IMG/VR virus record: IMGVR_UViG_3300036861_000357
Location: 1 to 52,607 of that record
Reading direction: 5' to 3' (one strand)
Source: a virus
Lineage: Duplodnaviria; Caudoviricetes
Length of the DNA: 52,607 bases
How positions within the stretch are numbered: position 1 is the first letter of the stretch; each line of letters starts with the position of its first letter. Both the position numbers and the translations under genes were made by a program. The notes beneath the pieces were generated by a model. It was not told the origin of the DNA and ran no database searches. It saw only the letters and a list, made by a program, of their open reading frames with translations. This document shows positions 29,201 through 36,679 of this stretch, piece after piece.

Positions 29201-32200
29201 GCTCGAACTCGCAGACGAGGCCAAGCTCGCGGACGAGACTGGACTGGCCCCCGCCGCGGTTCGACGCGCCCTCGACGACCTCCGGCGCGGGAGCATGACC
29301 ACGGATGCGGAGACGGTCCAGGGAGCCATCACCCGGGGGGTGGAGGCGGAGCGGGCTGCCACCTCCGCCGAGATCGACCGCATCGCCGAGGGACGTCCCC
29401 CGAGCGAGGCGTTCGCGTGGCTCGACCAGCAGGCCGACCCGGCCCTCGATCACCTGAAGAAGCTCGCGGAGACCACTCGCAAGGCTGGGCTAGGGAGGGG
29501 GCAGGCTGGGATGGGGCTCGATCCAACTCTTGTTGGGGACGCCCTCCAGGACATCGTGCGCGGGCTCGGGCGCCGGCTGAAGGAACTACGCCCCTCGGCC
29601 GCGCTCGTGGACCGATTCGAGGCACTGAAGGAGGAGGCGTTCGGCAAGGCGACGGGGAAGCCTGGTGAGGCCACTGCGGCGCTCGATCCTGCTCGGATCA
29701 TCCGTGAGGCGCAGGAGCGTGCGGACATCCGCAAGCTGGAGGGGGAGGCCCGGGATCGGGCGATCGCGGACGACATTGGGCGCCAGATAGTGGAGGCCAC
29801 CCTCCACGAGGCGGCACACGGGCCGGAGGGCGGGCATGGACCTCGCTTCGACCAGCGTGTCGAGGATCTTCGCTCCGCGCTCGGAGGGAGGGACTTCGAG
29901 GCGGCGGTGAAGAACGCGAGGGAGAAGCTCCTTCAGCGAGCGCGAGTATCACGAGCAGGAGGCTCCCCACCGGAAAACGCGCCAACGTTCGACCTTGCTG
30001 TCTGGGCTTGGCGTACTGGTTTGTGGAACGAGATTCTGGGACTGCGGCGACAAGGGATGGCAAAGTCGGAGGTCACGGAGACTCTCGCGAGTAAGGTTCC
30101 CTGGCGAGACAAGGGCCGCATCACTGACCTTGTGCCTCTTGTCGATATATGGGCGGCTCCCAAGGACGAGTGGGTGGCCGCTTATGACGTCAAGTATGGT
30201 AAGGGGTCCCCGGGTGTAATCGCCTCCATGGGCGCCGACCCCACCGTCATGCGAGACCTCTCCCTGGTTGGTGCTCGCTGGATCCGCGACGGAGTGCGTG
30301 ACGTTGCCTCCTTCACCGGCCGCCTCGTAGCGGAGTTCGGCCAAGGTGTGACCCGGATCGCCCGGACGGTGTGGGACTCCGCGATGGCCCTCCTGCGCCG
30401 AGGTCGCGCCGAGGAAGCCGCTACTCCACCCCCCACACAAGCTCCCGCGCAGGCACAGGCCCTCGGTGGGGCAACCCGTCCCACTGGCGCCGAGGTGGTT
30501 CCTCCTGTCCTCGGCGGACCTTCTCAGCCTCGGCCTGCGCGGGGGACCAAGCCCGCCCCGGCCTACACCCCCCGCCCCGCTGGCTCCGCCGTCCCCATCC
30601 CACCCGAGGTCGAGGCCCGCAAAGCGGCCGAGGCGGCAATGAAGACCACCCCTCCGCCCGCCGAGGGGAAGCCTAGCGCGGAGCCGGCGAAGGGCGAGGT
30701 CGAAGCGGACATCAACGTAGAGAGGATCTCGCCCGAGGAACGGGTGCAGCAGATCGTCGGGCGGATCGTGGGGGCCGCGCCTGGTTACTTCGGCCGAGGG
30801 GAAGCCGGTGCTCGCGGCCCCGTCCGCCCGTGGGCGGAGGTCCGAGTCGAGGCCGTCAAGCAGGGCTTCACCGATTCCGAGATCAAGCGGGCGTTCAAGA
30901 ACAAGGGCGGGATGCTCTCTGACGTCGAACTCGAAGGGGCCAAGATCGCCGCCGACGAGATCACGAAGAAGGCAGCCAACCTATTCGAGGAGGCGGAGCG
31001 GCTCCGAAAGGAAGGGAAGACGGGAGCAGCGGAGGACAACGACGTCTTGTACGGGGCAGAGGTCGCGCGGCTGATGGCTCTCCAGTACGCGATGATCGGA
31101 GCCAAGAGCGAGGCCGCACGGACCCTTGCCCTGGCCCGAAAGCTCGGAGAGGGCCTCGACCCAATGGAGCGCGCCTTTCAGAAGTGGTTGAAATCCAACC
31201 GCCTTCTCGATCCCAAGGTGCAGCGCGAGTTCTACAAAGCCTTCAAGAAGAAGGACGCTAAGACCCTCAACGATCTCCGCCGCCGGTACGCGGACGCGAC
31301 GTGGATGCAGAAGATCGTTGAGGGCTGGAAGGCCGGGATACTGAGCGCAATCCCGACCCAGGTGGTTAACTTCGCGTCGAACGCTGGAAAGATCACGGTC
31401 ATGGAGCCGGTCGAGGCCGAGATAATGGGGATGCTCGACTTCCTCCGCAGCAAGCCCGAGGCCGAGCGCAACGCCTTCAATGGGGAAGGACTGGCGATGT
31501 GGAAGGGTGCTCGCCACGCCCTCTACTACGCCCTACATGGGAGGGAGGAGAAGGGATACGCGGGGCTCTTCCCAGGGATGAAGGAGATATTCACCCTCAA
31601 ATACGAAGAGTCCCAAGGGCGCCGGCTACTGGAGCGCGGAGCCGAAGGGGCCAGCGAGTTCGAGAAGATCGGCGGGGCAATCGCAGGGAAGAAAGGAGAG
31701 GCAGCGAGGATTCCGTTCCACCTCCTCAACCTCGCCGACGCTTTCTGGAAGGAGATCGCGGGCAGCCAGGAACTCTACCGGCAAGCCTACCGCGATGGTC
31801 GCCGTCAGGGCTACGCCGGTCCCCGCCTTGAATCCCATATCCGCGACTACACTGCGAAGTACGCGGACGGCACTCTTCCCAATATTGATGAGATCCAGGC
31901 CAGGGTGAGCACTGCCCGGGTCCGCAACACGTGGCAGCAGCAGCTTGGTCCGGTGGGGAGATCGGTGCAGCAGTTCGAGCGGGCGCACCCTTTCTTCTCC
32001 TTCATCATGCCCTTCGTCAAGACCCCCTTCAACATCGGGCTCGACATCCTCCGACACACACCCTTCGGGATCGTCGAAGCAGTGTGGCGGCAGGCTCAGC
32101 CGGAGTGGTTCCGCAAGAACTTCGGCAAGAAGGTTCCCCTCCCGGCCGAGCTATTCGAGAAGCGTCTGGCAGAGGGGATCTTTGGGACCAGCGTCGCCGC

Positions 32201-33143
32201 TGCGATCTACTTCACCGCGAAGGACGGTGGGCTCGATTTCACCGGAGGTGGGCCGGCCGACCCGAAGAAGAGGCAGAATCTCATCGACACCGGCTGGCAG
32301 CCTTACTCGATCAAGTGGGGGAACCGTTACATCTCCTACCAGCGGCTTGAACCGCTCTCCTCAATCATCGGGATGGCAGCGGACGCTAGAGAGCTTAAGG
32401 ACGTCCGCACCGCCAACGACGCCGTTATGAAGATGGGGAGCCTCATCGGGGAGAACCTCACTAACAAGACCTTCCTAGCCGGCCTCGAAGGCTTCACCTC
32501 CGCCCTCCACGACCCAGTCCAGTACGGCAAGGGGTTCGTGAAGCAGCTTGAGGGGAGCGTCGTCCCCGCGATCGTCGGTAGGGCCGCCCAGGCCGCGGAC
32601 GCTACTGTCCGAGAGACCGAACCCTTCCGGACCACCTACGGGGTGCCAGAGCCTATTGCCGCCCGCATCCCAGGGCTGAGCCGCACGCTGCCGGCGAAGC
32701 GCACCCCAACCGGAGAGGAGAGAGTTCGCCATACTTCGGCCGCAGAGAGGTTCCTCTCCCCCTTCCCAATCACCCAGGAAGAGGAGGGTCCGAGCGCGGA
32801 TCTCCAGAGAGAATTCGCCAAGCTCGACTTCATCCCCGATCAGCCGCGGAAGTCCGTCAGTCTCCCCGGCGGAGCCAAGATCGACCTCACCGAGAAGGAG
32901 TACGAGATCCTTCGGGCCTCGAACCTCGAAGCCTCCTGGTGGGCGGCCAGGCTCATCCGGTCCCGGTACTACGAGGCCCTCGACCCCGACGACCAGGTCG
33001 AGGCACTCCGCAAGATATACTCAGACGCCCGGCGGATCACGCGCTCGAAGCTCTATCGGGACCGGGAGTTCAGGCAGAGGGCGGCCAAGGTCGCTCGGGC
33101 GTACCGGGAAGAGATTGCTCAGCTTCGACGCCGGGAGGTTTGA
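26280..33143 (+). CDS. giant internal virion / DNA-ejection protein (2287 aa)
   Basis: C-terminal PFVKTPFNI, YISYQRLEP and NKTFLAGL motifs resemble podoviral internal virion proteins; internal HEAAH. Confidence 0.75.
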   Translation: MALRLPTYDEFLGRMPSEGGRAPEPHGGVGRRPALDLPSYESFTAGFGPPEPASPGFFAKAGQALGRAREVIRRAPAIAGYYYAGQMPGQEGFAGRALTAPEEEFEPSQIRELISPPEQPATSIPGAIARGVAGEVGTILADPEQLAILAGLRGLGGAATRARAAVTAAPTVEAAAAAASRARALAALQRGVSAGFAAEMLPGAAEGVAEAGRRYMEGGLTPETAEAATQAALGTLFTLGAGLHAVGPTPAAARVPSPAEVQGLFAHERPIGPEFSYGEAPIGPVPESPVPIGPMGPYPEPIGPIGEAPRPLGPEPLPAPRPDRDFITDYRPERIFRAPEQPFLLPDVEPYPITPSWRTGLVTEAAPPPPAPGLEAQFGQALRAPRQVGREATFELLQGPPIPEPPPAPSMAPPPLAAPPSQVPLLPDLRPVPTRALEPPPAPRGPAPAAGPVAGQHRLPYDQIETMVDESVPAAEAALRRPGGEQGGIARDATGAVVNMLAPGMHPAKVEFGLEGLKEGPKKIADALHRDKDNPLYLRAREAMRTSIEDRVDLEARYRGEAYEAPGAVDTSFNPEEFEPAAQAATTAPAPRVPYDFPLERVPEVQQVAAREAARGLAREFAETGKLDDAALDARLPENLKAHREAIKSHVVQEASALIQGRDFVEALRERHGEAGPDGVSVVAPGAARSGLPEWVHGMPDSYDIVQRAGGKIVGGAEVRGNTLVMISGGRALDSPVSIRPVYEALDKAGVRRNDILTVLGAEARATRRAAPREEVDVSRKPRPEPPAAAAPELPRPAEGPRPGPEPPPAAAAGVPAEGRGAGEEPRAVAQPTPTAPAPEVERPVVKEVAPRPPEAAKPEAAAPPPAPPSEVPPEAEPPAVVSFGKPATYQGRKRIEVKPPFESPKRFAIEQDAKGAKTYSVVSEETSGATGEKSRTVHASGLTLNEAKRRAPEFVGEAPEVVPGWTRSDVLTALELADEAKLADETGLAPAAVRRALDDLRRGSMTTDAETVQGAITRGVEAERAATSAEIDRIAEGRPPSEAFAWLDQQADPALDHLKKLAETTRKAGLGRGQAGMGLDPTLVGDALQDIVRGLGRRLKELRPSAALVDRFEALKEEAFGKATGKPGEATAALDPARIIREAQERADIRKLEGEARDRAIADDIGRQIVEATLHEAAHGPEGGHGPRFDQRVEDLRSALGGRDFEAAVKNAREKLLQRARVSRAGGSPPENAPTFDLAVWAWRTGLWNEILGLRRQGMAKSEVTETLASKVPWRDKGRITDLVPLVDIWAAPKDEWVAAYDVKYGKGSPGVIASMGADPTVMRDLSLVGARWIRDGVRDVASFTGRLVAEFGQGVTRIARTVWDSAMALLRRGRAEEAATPPPTQAPAQAQALGGATRPTGAEVVPPVLGGPSQPRPARGTKPAPAYTPRPAGSAVPIPPEVEARKAAEAAMKTTPPPAEGKPSAEPAKGEVEADINVERISPEERVQQIVGRIVGAAPGYFGRGEAGARGPVRPWAEVRVEAVKQGFTDSEIKRAFKNKGGMLSDVELEGAKIAADEITKKAANLFEEAERLRKEGKTGAAEDNDVLYGAEVARLMALQYAMIGAKSEAARTLALARKLGEGLDPMERAFQKWLKSNRLLDPKVQREFYKAFKKKDAKTLNDLRRRYADATWMQKIVEGWKAGILSAIPTQVVNFASNAGKITVMEPVEAEIMGMLDFLRSKPEAERNAFNGEGLAMWKGARHALYYALHGREEKGYAGLFPGMKEIFTLKYEESQGRRLLERGAEGASEFEKIGGAIAGKKGEAARIPFHLLNLADAFWKEIAGSQELYRQAYRDGRRQGYAGPRLESHIRDYTAKYADGTLPNIDEIQARVSTARVRNTWQQQLGPVGRSVQQFERAHPFFSFIMPFVKTPFNIGLDILRHTPFGIVEAVWRQAQPEWFRKNFGKKVPLPAELFEKRLAEGIFGTSVAAAIYFTAKDGGLDFTGGGPADPKKRQNLIDTGWQPYSIKWGNRYISYQRLEPLSSIIGMAADARELKDVRTANDAVMKMGSLIGENLTNKTFLAGLEGFTSALHDPVQYGKGFVKQLEGSVVPAIVGRAAQAADATVRETEPFRTTYGVPEPIAARIPGLSRTLPAKRTPTGEERVRHTSAAERFLSPFPITQEEEGPSADLQREFAKLDFIPDQPRKSVSLPGGAKIDLTEKEYEILRASNLEASWWAARLIRSRYYEALDPDDQVEALRKIYSDARRITRSKLYRDREFRQRAAKVARAYREEIAQLRRREV

Positions 33144-33611
33144 GTGACAACCCGTCGACGACATCCGATCCCGGCTTCTAATTTCCGGGCTCTCATCGCT
33201 GGGTTGCCGGATGAGATGCAGCGTCCCCTCGGGCGCTTCGCGGAAGCCCTAGAGAAGTTCGCTCGTAATGTCCTCGACATGCACGACAGCGAGCCGGGGC
33301 CGCACGCGAGCACCCACGCCCCGAACACACTGGACGACCCGCTCGCGACGGCGGCACCGTCCAACGACGTGGACGGGGATGCGCCGCTCGCTGGCAGCCT
33401 CGGGACTCTCCTCCGCTCCGACGCCAAGATGCGGCTCGGGATCACCACTACCAAGGGGGACTTGATCGTCCGCTCCACGAAAAACGATCGACTCGCAGTC
33501 GGGGTGAACGGAGAGGTGCTCACCGCAGACTCTACCCAGGCTTCTGGGGTGAAGTGGGCGGCGGTGGCTGCGGGTGATCTGGACGCGCAACTCATGGCGA
33601 TAATGCTCTGA
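33144..33611 (+). CDS. tail fibre-associated protein
   Basis: TTKGDLIV...RLAVG.NGEVLTADS..ASGVKW fibre-repeat motif. Confidence 0.65.
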   Translation: MTTRRRHPIPASNFRALIAGLPDEMQRPLGRFAEALEKFARNVLDMHDSEPGPHASTHAPNTLDDPLATAAPSNDVDGDAPLAGSLGTLLRSDAKMRLGITTTKGDLIVRSTKNDRLAVGVNGEVLTADSTQASGVKWAAVAAGDLDAQLMAIML

Positions 33612-33614
33612 GCC

Positions 33615-33935
33615 ATGCACACCGCGCTAGCCATCGCAGACGGTCAACTCCCTGCGGCCAAGGGCACCCTCTACACAGTCCCGGCCGCGACCATCGTCGT
33701 AATCACCAGCTTCTCCCTCGCCCACGCTGGGGCAGCGGATCGGACCGTGAACCTGTACGTGAACCGCTCAGGGACCTCGCGTAGGATCATCGGGAAGGAC
33801 CGGACCCTGGCGGTGGGGGAGTCGATCGAGAAGGACAAGACTTCGATCGTCCTAGAAACGGGGGACCTGATTGAAGGGGATGCTTCAGCCGCAAGCGAAA
33901 TCGACTATGTCTTCAGTGGCTTCAAGAGCACGTAG
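33615..33935 (+). CDS. small beta-sandwich structural protein
   Basis: TLYTVPAAT...VLETGDLI pattern common in phage tail regions. Confidence 0.65.
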   Translation: MHTALAIADGQLPAAKGTLYTVPAATIVVITSFSLAHAGAADRTVNLYVNRSGTSRRIIGKDRTLAVGESIEKDKTSIVLETGDLIEGDASAASEIDYVFSGFKST

Positions 33936-35466
33936 GCTCCTCTGGATTCTGCTCGCATCGCTGGCGCTAGCGGCGCCGGGTTGGTCGCAGCAGTACGACT
34001 CTGCCGGCAACCTCAAGACGGTGTCGAAGCAGGGAGCCGGGGCGGGGGCAGCGACCAACTTCTGGAACTTCCGCCTCACCAACGGGACCAGCTTCTACGA
34101 CGGGCTCGCATCGAGCCAGCTTCCAGCGGCGCTCGTGGGTGGGAGGCTGGACGTCAACCTCGGAGCACTAGGTAACACCGCCCTCTCCGGGGCAAACGTC
34201 GTGGACGCAGGCAACACGGCCTTCCGCGTGAACTGCGTGGTTGGGTGCGGTGGCAGTAGTTTCTCGGACAACTCGGCCTTCACCTTCGGCACTACCGCCA
34301 TAGGGATCGTGGGCTACGTGCTCGACGACGTCTCGCCAAACGCCGTCACCGAGAACCGGGCGGCGGCCCCGAGGATGTCGGCGAACCGGGTAGCCTACGC
34401 CCAGATCCGGGACGCGGCTGGGAACGAGCGCGGGGTGAACGTCACCGTGGCTAACGCCCTCGTGGTCGAGGACAACCCCGGGGTGGTAGCGGCGGTGACG
34501 GCGGCCTGGACCTCCGCGACCGCGGTGGACACCGTCCTCTCCCTCACCGTCACTGGCTACTCGACGGTTGCGGTCAGCTTCCGCCCGGTCGGGACGATCA
34601 CGGCCGGCGGCATCAACTTCGAGGCGTCGGACGACGGAGGGTCGAACTGGTACGCGGTGTCGGTCGCCCGCCAGGGCACGGCCGTACTGGAGGCCACCTA
34701 CACCTTCTCCACCCTGAAGCTCTGGCAGGCAGGGGTGGAGGGGCTCACTACCTTCCGGGTGCGCCTCAACCCGGTAATCAGTGGGGCTGGGACCGCAAAC
34801 ATCCGGATCCAAGCGAGTGCGGCCCCTCCGGAAACGTGGACGACGGTCTCCCAGGTGAACGCCGCCGACCTCAACGCCACGGTGAAGGTCACAGACGGCT
34901 CGACGACCGTGACTTTCACTGGGACCTCCATCAACGTGAACTGTACCGGGGGCTGCGGGACCCCGACCCAAGCCCAGACCTACTTCGCCACTGCCGTGTC
35001 GGCGGCGAGTGCGGCGAGCAAGGACTACCTCAACCTGTTCAATGCGTCGGGTTCCGGGAAGATCCTTCGCATCCTTAATATCGGAGTCATCTCGGACAAC
35101 ACCGCCGCCATCGCAGGTGTCGGGGCGACGCTCCGGATAAATCAGATCACCACTGCCGGGTCCACATGCACCGCCCTGACTATCCAGAAGGCCGACTCCA
35201 CCAACGCCGCGGTCCCGGCCCAGGTCACGTTCACCACCAACTGCACCACCGACCCCACGATCGGGTTTACGATTGGTAGCTGCCACACTGCGGTGGACGA
35301 GGCCCAAGTGCTCAACCAGGGGATCGGCGAGGACGGGAACTGTTACAGGTTCGCCAACAACGGCGGGCAACCAATCACCCTGAGGGAGGGGCAGGGGATC
35401 AACCTCGTTCACAACGCGGTGGCCCCCGTGGGGCTCATTACCATCTTCGTTGAATTCACGATGTGA
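33907..35466 (+). CDS. signal-peptide-bearing tail spike/fibre-like protein
   Basis: RARRLLWILLASLALAAPGWS-QQ; T/A/G/V/N-rich; LPAALVGGRLDVN; 8 Cys. Confidence 0.75.
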   Translation: MSSVASRARRLLWILLASLALAAPGWSQQYDSAGNLKTVSKQGAGAGAATNFWNFRLTNGTSFYDGLASSQLPAALVGGRLDVNLGALGNTALSGANVVDAGNTAFRVNCVVGCGGSSFSDNSAFTFGTTAIGIVGYVLDDVSPNAVTENRAAAPRMSANRVAYAQIRDAAGNERGVNVTVANALVVEDNPGVVAAVTAAWTSATAVDTVLSLTVTGYSTVAVSFRPVGTITAGGINFEASDDGGSNWYAVSVARQGTAVLEATYTFSTLKLWQAGVEGLTTFRVRLNPVISGAGTANIRIQASAAPPETWTTVSQVNAADLNATVKVTDGSTTVTFTGTSINVNCTGGCGTPTQAQTYFATAVSAASAASKDYLNLFNASGSGKILRILNIGVISDNTAAIAGVGATLRINQITTAGSTCTALTIQKADSTNAAVPAQVTFTTNCTTDPTIGFTIGSCHTAVDEAQVLNQGIGEDGNCYRFANNGGQPITLREGQGINLVHNAVAPVGLITIFVEFTM

Positions 35467-35472
35467 GGGCTT

Positions 35473-35691
35473 GTGGCGATCGCACTCAGCTTCGCTAGAG
35501 TCAGTACGTTGAACCAGGCGGTGGGGGTCTTCTCTCTTGTTTTCTACGCCCTTATCATCGGGAACGTCTCCAAGTTCACAGCGGTGACGTCGAGCGGGGC
35601 GGTTCTGACCTTCTCTGTGGATGACCCTACCACCGAAGCAGACTTCCTCGCGGTTTTCCCCTCGGCAGTCCGAGTGTCGGACATAACTTGA
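35473..35691 (+). CDS. hypothetical protein
   Basis: GAGGG SD; lower GC. Confidence 0.5.
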   Translation: MAIALSFARVSTLNQAVGVFSLVFYALIIGNVSKFTAVTSSGAVLTFSVDDPTTEADFLAVFPSAVRVSDIT

Positions 35692-35717
35692 AAGAAGAGA
35701 AGAGAGGAGACCCATTC

Positions 35718-35867
35718 ATGCCTCGGGACATTTCATCTTGGCTGTTCCTAGCCGCGGTCGCCGCCTGCGCCGTCGAGGTCGGCAGGAGCCTGCGAGTGCG
35801 AAGCGTGAACTTGATCGCCCTTGGGGTCGGGCTGATCGCGGCGGGGCTGCTCGTACTCGGCAACTAA
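35718..35867 (+). CDS. 49-aa two-helix membrane peptide (not in ORF track)
   Basis: GAGGAG SD; MPRDISSWLFLAAVAACAVEVGRSLRVRSVNLIALGVGLIAAGLLVLGN. Confidence 0.55.
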   Translation: MPRDISSWLFLAAVAACAVEVGRSLRVRSVNLIALGVGLIAAGLLVLGN

Positions 35868-36392
35868 CTGAGCCAGCCGGCGCTCGTAGTAGCGGACCTT
35901 GACGGTCCACCGCTGGACCGCCTTGGCCGCCAGCTTCGCCCGGTGCTCCGCCCGGTCCCGACGCCTCCGAGCCGCTGCCAGCTTGGACTCGGCTCGCTCG
36001 GTCGCGCTTGGCTTCGGGGCCGAGAGGGCTTGGGCTCGCACGGGCATGACGAAGGACGCGACCCACTCCGGCACCGGCCCCGAACACCAGCGGAGATCCG
36101 AGGCCATCTCCCCGTGTTGAATCCCGAGGTTGTGAGCGTGCTCGTGCCGAATGGTCCGGTAGAACGATGCAAGATGCAGCGCTTTGGGACCAGGCAAAGA
36201 TAGCTTCATGTAGCGGGCTGCTCGATCACCCCCGAGCGTTGCACAGCCCCAGTGCGTACCGTTTCTTGACGGGACTACCTCGATGATCTTCCGCTTCCGG
36301 TGCTGGGGCTGGACCCCAAGCGAGACGAAGGAAGCGTGCAGGAACTTCTTGATCGCTCTTGTGTCGTAGCAGGTCGTGTTAGTTACCTTCAT
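35748..36392 (-). CDS. HExxH metalloprotease-like protein with coiled-coil tail
   Basis: start refined to MKVTNTT (TGATG coupling); IRHEHAHNLGIQH. Confidence 0.7.
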   Translation of the reverse strand: MKVTNTTCYDTRAIKKFLHASFVSLGVQPQHRKRKIIEVVPSRNGTHWGCATLGGDRAARYMKLSLPGPKALHLASFYRTIRHEHAHNLGIQHGEMASDLRWCSGPVPEWVASFVMPVRAQALSAPKPSATERAESKLAAARRRRDRAEHRAKLAAKAVQRWTVKVRYYERRLAQLVAEYEQPRRDQPDPKGDQVHASHSQAPADLDGAGGDRG

Positions 36393-36550
36393 CAGCGGCC
36401 CCCGATCTTGTCGAACCCGAACATACGACCGAAGGTCTCTGTTAGGTCTGGATCGTAGAAGCTGACACCTCCGCAGGACGGGCACTTCTTTGGAAGCTCC
36501 TTGAACCACCGCTTGCACTTGTCACACTGGTAATTTCCTGGCCTCTTCAT
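36392..36550 (-). CDS. 52-aa zinc-ribbon protein (not in ORF track)
   Basis: AGGAGG SD; MKRPGNYQCDKCKRWF...KCPSCGG. Confidence 0.7.
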   Translation of the reverse strand: MKRPGNYQCDKCKRWFKELPKKCPSCGGVSFYDPDLTETFGRMFGFDKIGGR

Positions 36551-36608
36551 TTCGTCCTCCTGCTCTTATTTTCTCTCGGGTGTCAACCTCACCTTCTTGA
36601 AAACGCAC

Positions 36609-36617
36609 TTATCCACA
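36609..36617 (+). promoter_or_regulatory. consensus DnaA box
   Basis: TTATCCACA in an AT-rich intergenic region. Confidence 0.45.
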
Positions 36618-36679
36618 GGCGAAGTCTCTTCGCTTCAGTCCGCAAATAAATTTTTCTGCTTGATTTCTCTTAACTTCTC

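Noticed and set aside
5116-35475. Genome-wide stop-codon recoding, suggested by many in-frame stop-NNN-start junctions (5118/5122, 14021/14025, 17976/17980, 21983/21987, 33611/33615)
   Set aside because: All three stop types occur at in-frame junctions, conserved genes are intact under the standard code, and several TAG stops are followed by strong SDs; translational coupling explains the pattern
36581-36586. TTGACA on the - strand as a promoter for the 36550 gene
   Set aside because: No -10 box at 16-18 bp spacing
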